NCBI RefSeq assembly: GCF_022045235.1
Contig: NW_027266286.1
Coordinates: 27,156,001-27,220,000, forward strand
DNA length: 64,000 nt
Direction of reading: 5' to 3'
Source of the DNA: Haliotis cracherodii
Lineage: Eukaryota
Of this stretch, positions 22,447 through 35,021 are shown piece by piece. Below the pieces are notes generated by a model that saw nothing but the letters and a program-made list of their open reading frames with translations, was not told where the DNA came from and did not search any database. Made by a program: the position numbers and the translations under genes. The number at the start of each line of letters is the position of its first letter. Within the stretch, counting starts at the first letter, position 1.

Positions 22447-23635
22447 CACTCTTAAAAAAAAGAAACACACAGGTAGAATGTAGTTCATTCAACCTGACTA
22501 TACAAAAAATCCGGTATCTAAATTGGATATATGTTATTGGAAAATGTTGGTGGCCTGATATTCGACAAACGGTGCGTCAAAACGCAGCCATTGTCGATTT
22601 GCAATGTGTTAAACGGAATTGTTTTCACACTTGTTCAAAAATGCCATAGAGGAAAACAGTAAAGCAAAATGCACGTGAAAGCTATGGCATTCGTAACTCG
22701 TGGTAGTGGCTATGAAAAGGAGAGCATAAGCAAATAATTTGTCATTCAATTGTCAACATTTTTCAAGTTTGAAAATGCCGAGACTCAGCGCTACCAATCG
22801 GAACATCGCCATAGGGCGTATCCAAAGAGGATAATCGCAGTCTGCTGTTGTACTCCACTTAAACGTCCACTACAGCACGATTTGCCACCTTTGGGACCGA
22901 TACACACAGTTCAATTCCACTGCAGACCGTCCGAGAACCGGCCGACAAAGAGTTACCACCCCTGCACAGGATCGCTATATTCGACTGTTCCATCTATGTC
23001 ATCGCAATGCCACAGATACGGAGACTGCAGGACGCATCCCTGGTTTGAGGAGGATATCGGACCAGACTGTCAGGAACCATCTTCGCGAGGCTGAAATCCG
23101 ACCCAGAAGACCAGTTATCGTCCCTGTTTTGCAACAGATACATTGACAGCGACGCTTGCGTTGGTGCCATACTGTACAGCCTTGGAATTTGAGAAACTGG
23201 AGACGAGTGCGGTTTAGCGATGAATCACGATTTCTTCTTCACCGGCGAGATGGAAGACAACGTGTTTATCGACGTCAATTCAATATGAGCGTTTTGACCC
23301 TGATTGTATACGTGAATTCACAGCTCGAGTCACGGTAGACTACCTTCATAATTCCAACATCAACGCTTTGCCGTGGCCAACGCGTTACAAGCAGAATGAC
23401 GCGGAATTCAACAGGACAGAATTCGTACACTTGAGATACTGAGTTCAGAGCAACATTGATGACTTATTAGACATGACAATGAACAGTTTTCAATGCCTTT
23501 GTACAACGACAACATGTGACTATCGAGCTCCAAAGTTCCACATTTGTATCTATGATATTAAAATAAATATATCGACTTTCTTAGGTTCAATAAATTTACT
23601 AAAAATCTACCTGTGCGTTTCTTTTTTTGAAGAGT
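22447..23635 (+). mobile_element. Tc1-family DNA transposon, defective
   Basis: TA-flanked ~31-bp TIRs CACTCTTAAAAAAAAGAAACACACAGGTAGA / TCTACCTGTGCGTTTCTTTTTTTGAAGAGT around a transposase pseudogene. Confidence 0.92.
22775..23440 (+). pseudogene. Tc1 transposase pseudogene (HTH domains and first catalytic D; rest of DDE deleted)
   Basis: MPRLSATNRNIAIGRI...DRPRTGRQRVTTPAQDRYIR...ISDQTVRNHL...WRRVRFSDESRF...DGRQRVYRR, with two in-frame stops and a large deletion after 23275. Confidence 0.9.
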
Positions 23636-24742
23636 TAATACCGACCGCTCATTTATCACTAACTGTCCACGTCTGTAACTGTAATGTATGTTCATGTTTT
23701 CATCGTGCTGTAAATATAGCATGACCCACACGGTGAGGAGAAACATTTTTTGAATTTATTTGGGACTTACATGAAGTAATATGTGATGACTATCGCGGGT
23801 TCTACAAGAGCAGATGCATTAAAATGTGCAAATGTTTGCAGTTAATTCAAAGACTTTTAAAGTTCTCAAATTTATCAAAGCTTTTTAATATTTTTAACAC
23901 TGAAATTGCAAATTATAGATTAGAGAGCATTGCTCATTATTACAATTACCGTTATAAGTGCACCGAATGCACTCGCCGCACGCCACAGCCCTGTGACCAC
24001 TGTAACATATTTCGCTGTTTTCACAATATCACAGCTGTGAGCGAGGATAACACAATACGTGATGATATCAATTTACTGTAGCATCTAATACATTCAGCTG
24101 ATAATTAAGCCACGTTTCATACGGACGCATTTGCATACTTGTGTTTTTATACATATGCGTATTTTACAAAGGTATGCAAAATTAAGCATATAACGGGTTT
24201 TACGTACGAATGTAGAATTGCACGATGTCAATGGCACTGCAAATGTGTAATTGCATGTATGCATATTTGATTTAGTTTTTATTTTGGTCATATAACCACA
24301 TAGCATTATACATACGCGATGAAATAAGTGTTTTCCGTTAACATAACTGTTAATGAAACAAGCTACGGAAAAGACATTTGAAGAGTGAATTGTACCGTCC
24401 GTGCGCCATGAACAATTACAGTTTGTTACAAATTGGTTTTTTGGTTGTTTTTGTTTTTGTTTAACGCTACTGTCATCAACATTCCATCAATACAATGTAC
24501 ACATCATCTAAAACAGTTATGGCTCAGCTTGATGATATGGATAGAAAACCATACTGGCACAAACTAAGAAATAAATAAGCAAAATGTCATATTTGGATTT
24601 AATGAAAAACGAAATGACGTACTAAACTTGATTTTCATTCTTACAAAATCATGCATCATCAAATACAAATGTACGAGTCGCACACCAAATATGAATGGTC
24701 TCAAGACTATGTTAACAAATCTTTATCATTTCAACAACTTCA

Positions 24743-24975
24743 GGGGGCACGGGTGGCTCAGTCGTCTAAGGCGCCGCGATTCGCTGTGCAGAGATGCGTC
24801 CCTTGGGCATGCCAGAAACCTATGATTGTGGGTTCGAATCACGAGTCGCCCCGATTATGTTTCTAGGTTTGTCAGCACCATACCCGTGCTCGTGGGTTTC
24901 ACCAAAGTGGTAAACGTCTGAGACCTGCATCACTTGGGGCTTTCCTCCCATATTAAGCTGACACGGCATGATATA
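24743..24975 (+). mobile_element. SINE family D, 3' end lost
   Basis: A box TGGCTCAGTCGTCTAAGGCGC (tRNA-Leu-like) at 24754; B box GGTTCGAATC at 24831. Confidence 0.88.
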
Positions 24976-25165
24976 TATGGAGTGGAGTGGAGTTGGGGTA
25001 GAAGGATACAGTGTGGATAGAGGGAGGGGGATAGAGGGAGGGGGGTAGGGGGTAGGAGTGGTCTCCGAGTTGAGGGGACAGTGTGGATGAAAGGAAAGGG
25101 GTGAAGTTAGGGTAGGAGACACGTGTGGAAGGAGGAAGAAAGAGGGGTGGGGTGGCTAGGGTCAC
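24976..25165 (+). repeat. Purine/G-rich low-complexity tract (G-quadruplex potential)
   Basis: Many GGG+ runs, e.g. GGGAGGGGGATAGAGGGAGGGGGGTAGGGGG. Confidence 0.6.
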
Positions 25166-25959
25166 CCAGTGGTGTCTGCCATTACTGAACTGTATGTCCC
25201 ACTCAAGCACCACACGCCCATTGAAGGCGCATGCTCTGTAATTACAAATAGGGTGTTTTCATATCAATAACATAAAGCTGTTTTTGTGTAACCAACTAAC
25301 ACATATATACCAAAGTAACCTGACACCTCAGACGCAGCCAATTCAACCAGAAGTAATTCGATAAGAAAAGACGAATCTCAAGCCAGTTTACATTTAGAGA
25401 AGAGTAATTTGATTTAAAGTTTAAATCTTCTGAAACGCTTCAGCGAAGGAAAGACATAACTTTAACGTAAATGTGATGGTAATGTTGATAGCGAGCAATT
25501 ATGGTAAAATTGGGCGTAGAATATTGGCTTCATTGACTTTAAACAGGTTTGTTTGACCCCTGCATTAGACGAACCTGCGGGTATTCACCCACCATATAAG
25601 GCTGAGGCCCTGTGTCCACAGAGAGGCTAACTCGGGGGGTAAATATGACTGTGACGGACATTGGCTTTGCTAAATATGTTATTAAAGGAAACCAATTTCA
25701 AATAGTGTGGTCCTTAGGGGAATGTATGCACGCCAGAGTTGGACAGTGGCACCTACAAACCGAATATTGATAGTGTCATTTGAAAAGATTTGGTGAAAGC
25801 GGAGGGCATTGGGTTTACATTTTGCAGCTATGGCGCTGTTGACGTACGTTGAACGTTGTTTTTAAAAATCGTATTGAATGGAATTCTTTCTTATGCGAAA
25901 TGTGTTGCCTTGGGGGATTTTGTTCAATTCTAGATCAATATTGGTTTAATTGGTCCATG

Positions 25960-26560
25960 CTTGTAACAACGCTGTTGGACTATCAAGATTGTGACACAAG
26001 AAAAGAATTCACAAAATTTACCCATGTTTGGAGTCGAATCAGACTTCCCGCAAATGATCGAAAGCTACACTGCCGGTCAAAAGGATTATACACCCATGTT
26101 GGATGGTGGCTAAAATGAAACAAACAAGAAATGGCATTTGATACGGGTATCAAAGTTGTGATTTGGAACTTATGTTTGCAATGTTTCACAGACCGTTTTC
26201 ATCCTACAGTACGTTTTGGTAACGGTCGTAATTCTTTGGTCAAATCCAATTTTCAAGCGTATACTTTCTTTGCCCGTCAGTGTATATTCCCCTCCTACAT
26301 TGTATGATGATGATGTCGTATGTACAATCGTTATAAGAATCATACTGAATGACACTCTTTCTAATTCGCGATTTTTTGTCTCGGGTGTTCTTGTTCCATT
26401 ATAGAGTGAGATTTGGTTAGTGGTGTATGCCTCCTTTAACAATACTGTTGGACTATCACGATTATGAATAAAATCCACAAAATTACCCACCTTTGGATTC
26501 GAACCAGGCATTCTGTGAATGATCGACAGCTATATCCACTGACCATAGGCCCACTGGTCT
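25960..26560 (-). mobile_element. Two old copies (25960-26067, 26415-26560) of a further SINE-like repeat
   Basis: CTGTTGGACTATCA...CACAAAAT(T)TACCCA...TTTGGAKTCGAA...ATGATCGAMAGCTA occurs twice; the minus strand of the second copy has GGTTCGAATCC. Confidence 0.5.
26068..26282 (+). mobile_element. MITE family T, best-preserved copy
   Basis: TA TSD; TIR CACTGCCGGTCAAAAGGATTATAC / GTATACTTTCTTTGCCCGTCAGTG. Confidence 0.85.
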
Positions 26561-26582
26561 CAAAGTCACGCTTTCATCGAAA

Positions 26583-26735
26583 CGGGCGGTTGGGTAGTAT
26601 AATGCTTGAGCGTTTACTCGTCACGCCGAAAGACCGGGTTCGATTCCCAATATTGGTATAGAATGCATGAAACCCATTTTTGGTGTACCTCGTCGTGATA
26701 TTACTGGAATATTGAAAAAAACATACTTACTCACT
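26583..26735 (+). mobile_element. SINE family A, diverged
   Basis: GGGCGGTTGGGTAG...CTCGTCACGCCGAAAGACCGGGTTCGATTCCC...TACTCACTC. Confidence 0.85.
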
Positions 26736-27826
26736 CGTTTATCCAACATCAGAGCACGAGTGACCAAGTTGTCAACACACTATGCAGAGTTGCGTCCCTT
26801 GTGGTACAAGGATCCGCTGATAGTTTCGAATGTGAGATACACCTTGCTCGTTGGTTTCATCAGAGCGATAAACGTCTAAAACTTGCGTTGCTGTTCATTG
26901 TCATCCAACAATAAGCTGACACACTGTGATATTACCCGTTCAACTCTCCGCACTCACTCATCCAAGCGAAAAAAACAAAACAACGTTTACTTCACGACAT
27001 GATAGTCATGGAAGCATGACGACAAGATTGTGACATGTTAGTAAACATTAACATAGGTTTGTACTGTGCTGTCTTCTCAAACAAAAACACAACTAGAACA
27101 CAATGAGTCTAAGATGTCATTAAAGACGTTTGAATGATATAACAACGATAAATTAAATAGCGTCAGTCATGGCTAGGCCGAACTTTGTGATCATGAAAGG
27201 GCACTTGCTTTTTTATTCAAACGTCAACAATATTAACAACCTATTTGTTTGTTGTCAGGATAGCTCCATAATGACACAGCATTACATGACTGTGTAGTTT
27301 ATATATATACATCAGATAGGGATGTTCGTCTTATAACAATTCAGTCAAATGGAACGCAGCCGATGCGTGTCTATCATTATTATGATTAAGGGTTTACGCT
27401 TATAGAACATTTTCCATCAGCGTTGCTTTTGAAGTCGATCGTTATTTGATATCTTAGAGAGTCTCTTTGCTTATTTCTAATTCGTGGGATATTGGTGTTA
27501 AATCAAGCGAAATAACGAAATTACACAACGATGATCACTTGAATGTTCGTCAAGCGTCCCGAATGTCCATTTTATCATACTGTCAGTGAACTTCAAAGTT
27601 TGCGTGTCGATAGAAAATCATGAAATGTTTACAAACATGTTTACAGACAACATTACATTTGGATTTTAACTACAAGCTCCGCTTGTTGGAAGTGAATAGG
27701 GTGCCCTCTTAATAGACTATAACGAGACGGAGACGTGTGCTTGCCCGCCTAACTGAGACGATCGAATCAAGTACGTGTGAGGCTTATAGCTGTAGAGGCG
27801 AGCGTTCGGTTGGATCACTCCGTCGA

Positions 27827-27996
27827 ATTGGCTACCAAACGATCATATGTGCTACTGCTCTACAATCAATTGTTCGCCGCTATCAACCCAGACGAATGCT
27901 ACATGTGTATTTCTCGTGATAAACTGACAGATATGCTCATAATCTGTGACGTCAGAGAGAAAGGGGCGGAGTTAGCAGTGACCGTAAGCCAATGAG
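27827..27996 (+). promoter_or_regulatory. Candidate proximal promoter of the spondin-like gene
   Basis: Inverted CCAAT (ATTGG 27827), CRE palindrome TGACGTCA 27947-27954, GC box GGGGCGG 27963-27969 and AGCCAATGAG (CCAAT 27989-27993), clustered 195-360 bp upstream of the ATG in CpG-rich unique DNA. Confidence 0.6.
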
Positions 27997-28187
27997 CGGT
28001 CTCACGACGAGGACACTCGTATCGCTGTGGAATATCTACTGACGGCTTTACTCTAGAGTCGATGCATTAAAAGTACCGATAGGCTGTACGCAAGTTTTCG
28101 TTGTGTTTGTGGATAAGTGTACGGAGACACGGTTCGGAGTTTTGTGGTCGGCTAGATGAAAGTCGACAGAAGGTAAACTTGAACACG

Positions 28188-28410
28188 ATGTCGCGAGTGA
28201 AAGGATTACCTTGGTTCTGTACCTGTGTTTTAGTGCTGGTCGCGTTGGCACGTGTGTCGCAGTCTTATGACTATGCAAAGAGGATATGTGCCCGATTGCC
28301 CATTCACACAACTGAGCAAAGATCACCCGGGAATAATGGATTTAAGATAATTGTTGAAAGTGACACCGAATCGGACATTACGAAATATCGACCAGGTGAA
28401 AAGTACACAG
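28188..28410 (+). CDS. SPON1: F-spondin / spondin-1-like protein, first coding exon (signal peptide plus N-terminal reeler domain); phase-1 intron follows
   Basis: Hydrophobic signal peptide MSRVKGLPWFCTCVLVLVALARVSQS, then C-x-R-x-P...SPGNNGFKIIV...KYRPGEKYT, resembling the F-spondin reeler start (e.g. PGDNGF.I.I.G....Y.PG..YTV); canonical donor CAG|GTGAGT at 28410/28411. Confidence 0.8.
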
Positions 28411-31194
28411 GTGAGTTCGACCCTTTAACAAATAGTAAGCTTTTTTGGCACTTCTAAAGAACCTGCTTATATAGACTGTCTGGGGTACATGTTTATTTCA
28501 CGCGCCACTACAATCACACCTAGCAGACGACATTTTTCACACGATTTCACTATCGTGTACAGTAGCAACTATACGGAGCTATCCATTTGATCTAGTCGCG
28601 TGGAATTTGAATCTTGTCCTCCCGACAAAGTGGCCTTCGTTTGCCAATGAATAGATAAGCTTAAACTTCAAAACGTGTTAGCTCGCCATTTTTTACGGCT
28701 TTATCTGAGACGGGACACGCACACATCATCCACACAATATAAATTTAACCGTACATTATACATAGAGCTAGGATATTGTGTGATATTAACGTGCTGTTCT
28801 GAACGGTCGATCGATAAGACTACATTAGAATAGGACAATCGTATCTGTTAAATGTATCTATTCAGTAAATGCTATGTTATTATGACAAATATAATTAAAA
28901 ATCATTCCAAATTAGATCGCCTTAAAAAGGAAAACATATCTTTTTAAAGGCACAAATAATAAATTTTATTATAAATATTTTTTAAATAGCATCACAAAGG
29001 TGAAACTAATTAAACACTACCAAGCCATCGTTCCGTTAATGTACTATTGTGTCTATGTCGGATTGAACTTGAATTATGTCAGCTTTGACACGACACGTGA
29101 CTAGTTCTGTGGGTTGTTGTCAGGCTGCGCTACAAAGGCAACCACAAGCATGTAGTCTGTAGTCACTCTCTGTAGCATTTCCTTTAGCACACATTCCGTC
29201 TGCATTACTTGCACAAAACACCCTGCTACAGGAAGGCAATGTGTAGGCGATATACGCAACGTGGCTTAAAAGAAACGTTTGTTTCATGTCTGAGCAAGTG
29301 CCATCGACTTTTCTCTGAAAATAGCAGGGTTATTACTTAAATATTCTTCAGAGGAGGCTTTAGAAAGGTGGTATATGCAAAACGTCGCGTTGTAGCAGTA
29401 TAGGGGGTTAGCGGTATATGGATTATATGTAGCGAAGGTTATTGTTAACCGTAGTCACTACAACTGTTACCTATCAGAATTACAACACTTTGTGTTTATT
29501 CTTCTTCACATACATATAATCGTCAATGTGATTCTAAAATCCTCAGAATGAAGTTCTGTATCACGTTCCAGTGACTTGCGGAAGTTAGTGACAAAATTGT
29601 GAACGAGACACGAGAGCCCAATCTGACTGTAATAGTACTGATATTAATAATGGATAAGAACTGCAATATGGTTTGTGGCTGTTTACTTTTCTATGACTAA
29701 TCGTATATGTATAATATAAACGTATTAATGAATTCGTTTTATCCTGAAGCCTTTTGGGTCGGATTATAAAGTCATAGGTGGAGGGATTGACATATGGAGA
29801 GATCGAGATAAAAGTTCATAAAACGATTTTTATATTCCTTGTGAAAGATAGCTGTTATGTCAGTCTATGTACATATTTGTAAATTACTCTGTGTGATTAG
29901 GTTAGATTTGAAATAACCAAAATAAAGATAGTTGAACAACTAGGTTAATTTGAGACGAAATTGTAAAAAGTGAAATATGTTAGAAATTGTCATATATTTT
30001 GAAAATTAGAGAAAAACGATTTTTTTGTAAGTATACTGATGGAAATAAATAACGCAACGGCTTTGAAAGGAAGCACGTGTATGGAGGTACACATCTATAC
30101 GCATCAAATAAAACATCAGATGCATCATTTCACTATGTGATGTTTTGTATAACAAGCATGAATACGGTAATATAACAGTTTCGTTAATTTCACGAGTTGC
30201 CTTATTTCTGACCATCAGTATGTATAGGCTTGATATCGAGCTTAATTCCTGACTTTTGTATCGATGCAGCGAATACGTAGTGTTATTGAACTGTATCTTA
30301 AATCTCAACCCGCGGCTGATATATACGACAGCAGCGCCGTGATCGTTGGGTGTGACCTGCAATGTATTGTGGAAAGGTATGCTGTGTGATGCCAACAGGC
30401 GCTCCAACATAACAGCATCCCGAGTTTCAGCTTCGCATATTTCTATACACGTGGTCTATTTACATATATATCGTGAATATCTTTGCAAAAAGTCCTTGAC
30501 TATTTTCAGACTGATGGTTAAAGTAAATGCACACGTGTTGCAGTCACGCATCGCATCTCAGCATCAATGCAATCTATAAACCTTTCGCCATTTTCGTTAA
30601 GCGCCATCATGTAATACAAATAACATTTACATATATCTATTTCGTTTTCGATGAAAGAATTTCAGGAAAACTATGAAACTGTGTTAGCATTTGGAATTTA
30701 TTTTTGGTATTTATGTGTTAGCCTTTACACATTTTCCGAATGAGTAAACGGGGTTTATATATACCTCGTGTAAACAGCAGATTTATAAACATCTATCTCT
30801 TGGATCTATCTGCATTGTGTGGGATGCCAGTGACATCACAGTATAATCACCATTCCGCTTGAGTAACCCTCAAATGTTAATCAATACCTCTGTAATCCCA
30901 GCCTCTATTCCCTGGGCTCTCACATGGCCGTGTTTAGAGGCTCTCTCGAGAGCTGACAGATGGACTTGGGAGGTTTTATCAGGCAACACCATCCATGTAA
31001 CTTATTGAGGATCGCGAGAAGGGAGGATAACACAGACACATTATGTAATCAGGATGATGATACCTCGAGACTGTCTAATTGAGCTGCATCCCTGAGTATG
31101 GTCTATGTCGATTGAGCTACCCTCACGAATAATGCAAGAGAAGTCGTCACAAACTCAATCTCATTAAGTTAGGTCCTTTACTCCGGATTGATAC

Positions 31195-31445
31195 CTTTGG
31201 TCCTCTGGTTTCAAATCTGATCCGGATATATCTGGTCCAAAGAGATATTATATCTGATTCGGATATTTCCGGTTCGTAGAGGTCTCAAATCTGATCCGGA
31301 TATCTCTGGTCCGGAGAGGTATCACATCTGATCCGGATACCATTGGTTCAGAAAAGGCATCAAATTTGATCCGGATACCTTTGGTTCAGAAAAGGCATCA
31401 AATCTGATCCGAGTATCTCTGGTCCGGAGAGGTATCAAATCGGAA
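31195..31445. repeat. Degenerate ~37-bp tandem repeat
   Basis: ATCTGATCCGGATA...TGGTYC...GGYATCAA repeated about 6 times. Confidence 0.8.
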
Positions 31446-31789
31446 CTAAAGATGTGATTTTCTTGAGATGGTTCACATACTGAACCCATAGGTAGAAAAG
31501 AACCCAGGAATTTGTATCTATCGAACACATAACCCAGTAGGCTAATTCATCGCTTGTTACAATGAACAAGCAAGTCAACGTTTACATTAAACGAGGGAGG
31601 TGCACGTGGTTACATGATTCTTGTTCGATGCTCGTGGCAATACTAGTGTGTATATCACTGATCTGGCTTCATCAGCCGCCGTTATGGCGATAACAAGGCT
31701 ATTTGCTTTATTGCAAGATGACTGTGGATGAATGGAGAGGGGAAATATGTTAACCGCCAACGGCCGACGATACCATAGTGAGCATACAC

Positions 31790-32138
31790 GGTGAGGTGAA
31801 ATGTCGTGTTCAAGATTGTGGTACTTATAACGACGAGCATGTGCGTGCGTGCGTGTACGCGTGCGTGCGTGCGTGTATGTGCTTTAACTAGTCCGGATTA
31901 ATGCCGGTGTATAGTGCTAGCCCACTGAAATCACATGCCGCAGTTTAACGTGAATGCCCCACTCATACACAGTATACTTGTTCCGAACCGACCAGTCCTT
32001 GTTTTAGCCTCTTAATGCCGAGCATTAGGCGAGGTAACAACAAGTACCTTCTTTTAACGTCTTCTGGTATCACGGGCATCGAACCCCGACCTTCCGCTTT
32101 CCGGGCAGACACTCTGTCCACTAGACCACAGAGGCGGC
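31790..32138 (-). mobile_element. SINE family C, full length, diverged
   Basis: 13-bp TSD AGTGAGCATACAC at 31777-31789 and 32139-32151; internal (GCGT)n tract. Confidence 0.9.
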
Positions 32139-32299
32139 AGTGAGCATACACAGGCATGGAGATAGATACAAGGGTCCTCGTGTGATATGTCATCTATTAT
32201 GCAATGCACTTCATCTCCTTCCATTGTGACAAATACTCTGGACCTATTCGCTACCAAAGCTTCGTTTTTCGACCTATCCTAAAGACACTACGCTGGATG

Positions 32300-33162
32300 T
32301 ATTAAAGGCACCTCGTACAATATACCGTTCACTCTACGAAGGCATGGTGATATATTAAAGGCACCTCGTACAATATACCGTTCACTCTACGAAGGCATGG
32401 TGATATATTAAAGGCACCTCGTACAATATACCGTTCACTCTACGAAGGCATGGTGATATATTAAAGGCACCTCGTACAATATACCGTTCACTCTACGAAG
32501 GCATGGTGATATATTAAAGGCAGCTCGTATGAAACTGTTTACTCTACGAAGGCATGGGGATATATTAAAGGCACCTCGTACAATAAAATGTTTACTCTAC
32601 GAAGGCATGGTGATATATTAAAGGCACCTCGTACAATATACCGTTCACTCTACGAAGGCATGGTGATATATTAGAGGCACCTCGTACAATATACTGTTTA
32701 CTCTACGAAGGCATGGTGATATATTAAAGGCACCTCGTATGAAACTTTTTACTCTACGAAGGCATGGGGATATATTAATGGCACCTCGTACAATATACTG
32801 TTTACTCTACGAAGGCATGGTGATATATTAAAGGCACCTCGTACAATATACTGTTTACTCTACGAAGGCATGGTGATATATTAAAGGCACCTCGTATGAA
32901 ACTTTTTACTCTACGAAGGCATGGTGATATATTAAAGGCACCTCGTATGAAACTTTTTACTCTACGAAGGCAAGGGGCGCCTCGTAAGAGAGTGTTCACT
33001 CTACTGAAGCATGGTGATATAGTAACGGCACCTCGTAAGATCGTGTTTAATCTACAAGGCACCTCGTAAGATACTCTAGATTCAACACAATCAGGGTGAT
33101 ATATTGCACCTACTAAGATATTGTTTACTCTACGAAGGCATGGTGATATATTATTTACTCTA
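32300..33162. repeat. 53-bp minisatellite, ~15 copies, degenerating rightwards
   Basis: TATTAAAGGCACCTCGTACAATATACCGTTCACTCTACGAAGGCATGGTGATA; starts at 32300, 32353, etc. Confidence 0.95.
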
Positions 33163-34964
33163 AACAAGAATAGTTTTAGGCATCTCGTCTGTTTACTCTA
33201 TGCATTCATATATTAAAGGGGCTTTCAGCTGAGTAAGATTGAGTATGTATTGAGGGACAATTATCTTTTTTGTGAAGATTAATTCCATCTTTTATATGTA
33301 TTAGGAATCTTTGACATTTGTCCAGTCGAAACATGTTGCCTTTTAAGGTATCCCCGAGTTTTTATATTGTAAAACCTTTAATCAAATCAAATTACAACTT
33401 GTAGAAAAAGTGTATATATGGCTGTTATGTGAATCGCGTGGAGACCATCTATTTTAGTCTTTGTAAGTCTTCATCATGTTCGGAAGATCATTACCATTTC
33501 CTGTACAAACCTTTGATACCTGTTTGAAGAGAATCGACAAATCGGCAGTTTTATTAAGAGTACCGTATTTCCTCTATTGACGCATACACTTCCTCACACG
33601 CTCTGTATTCATTTCAAATGGCGTTTGCGAGTTTAATTGATAGTGAATTTAAATAACTGTCAAATGGAATAGTTTTCTTTCTCTGCATAGTTGAATAGTC
33701 CGTTTGACTACTAGACACGAGGCTATTTAATAGCGATAAATCACGCTGGTATTACTCCGCGGTGCCTGAAACGCTGTCAATGGAAACAGTCCGTTCTGCA
33801 TGGGGGTGTAATTGTCACTGCTTATGCAATTGATCTTTCAGATCGCTACACACTTACCAAGATTCAAACGTTTTCGATTTAAGCGCTACTTTCTTTCACG
33901 TTTTTTTTCCGTGAGGGCAATATCTGTATACGGTTATACATCTCAATCAGTATTTGCCAACACTCAATTTAGAGAAGAGTCTATTGATCAATTTGTAATG
34001 ATTGTCATTTGAAATTGTATTTCGATTTGTCATTTCGATATGGACGGCAGTTACCATAGCGGGATTCTGATATTAACACGGGGTGAATTATGATATTAAC
34101 GCCGTGATGGCCTATACGTTAACATTGTATGAGCTTCTACGTACATGCTAATCGAAAAGTGACGGTAGTTTCAATTAACAATCTAATAAATAACGCCCTA
34201 GCTTATGAATATCATCAGTATGTTTCAATCAGAGTACTATATAGTACATACGAACGTTATGTAGGGATGAAGGGGTGTACCCCCATAAGTCGATAGCCAG
34301 GGGGTGTAATTAGAATCCTATTATGTAATGGCTGTGGCATGATCATACGTCTTGGGTGATTACACAAATCCAGGTTCCTCAAAAGGGGCAGGTGAGGATA
34401 TCCTCCCTGTCATTTATTCACTCGCCAGCCGCTGAATCCCTGTGCCAAGTGGTTATAGAATACGCTCATTGATGCTCAGCCACTCAGCTGCTAGTTTGAT
34501 TACAGTGATGGCACGAGATTATGACTGAGTATTACATATATCTTCTGGCAGGGTTGTGCTAGACTTCCGTCTGAAAGTGATATATGATATTACTCCACAG
34601 CGGCTACTGGTATTAAGTTCCCAAAATCTGTTATTGAATGGTCATTATGTTTTTTGGATGTGTTTTCAAAACGGACAATTAAGGAGATTATTTATCAAAA
34701 TGTTGAATTCTTGTTTATGTAAGTTATACAATGCTTGTATAAAACGTGTTTAATGTGACATTTATATGCTTTTGATGGTATTATCACAACGAAAAAAATG
34801 TGAAATTTTCAATATTTATTCATTAAATACACTTAGGTTCTGTAAATATTTTTGACTCATTATTTTGTTGACAAGCATTATAGTAGGTTTATGTCAGCAG
34901 ATCAAGCAAGCTCCTTACAGTTCACGTTAGCCCTTGATCGCCTAGTAATGCTGAAAACCGGTAG

Positions 34965-35021
34965 CTCGACTCCCGACGAAGCCCGTCAGCGAGTGCTGAC
35001 GGTTGGTCGGGCGCAGTCGAG
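34965..35021. other. GC-rich 57-nt hairpin
   Basis: CTCGACT/AGTCGAG, CCCGAC/GTCGGG and CCGTCAGC/GCTGACGG stems around a GAGT loop. Confidence 0.75.

Noticed and set aside
22750-23094. 114-aa ORF as a host gene
   Set aside because: Alternate frame of the Tc1 transposase pseudogene.
28101-28457. 118-aa ORF as a complete gene
   Set aside because: It starts at a non-ATG codon. The real start is ATG 28188 (signal peptide) and similarity ends at the splice donor at 28411.
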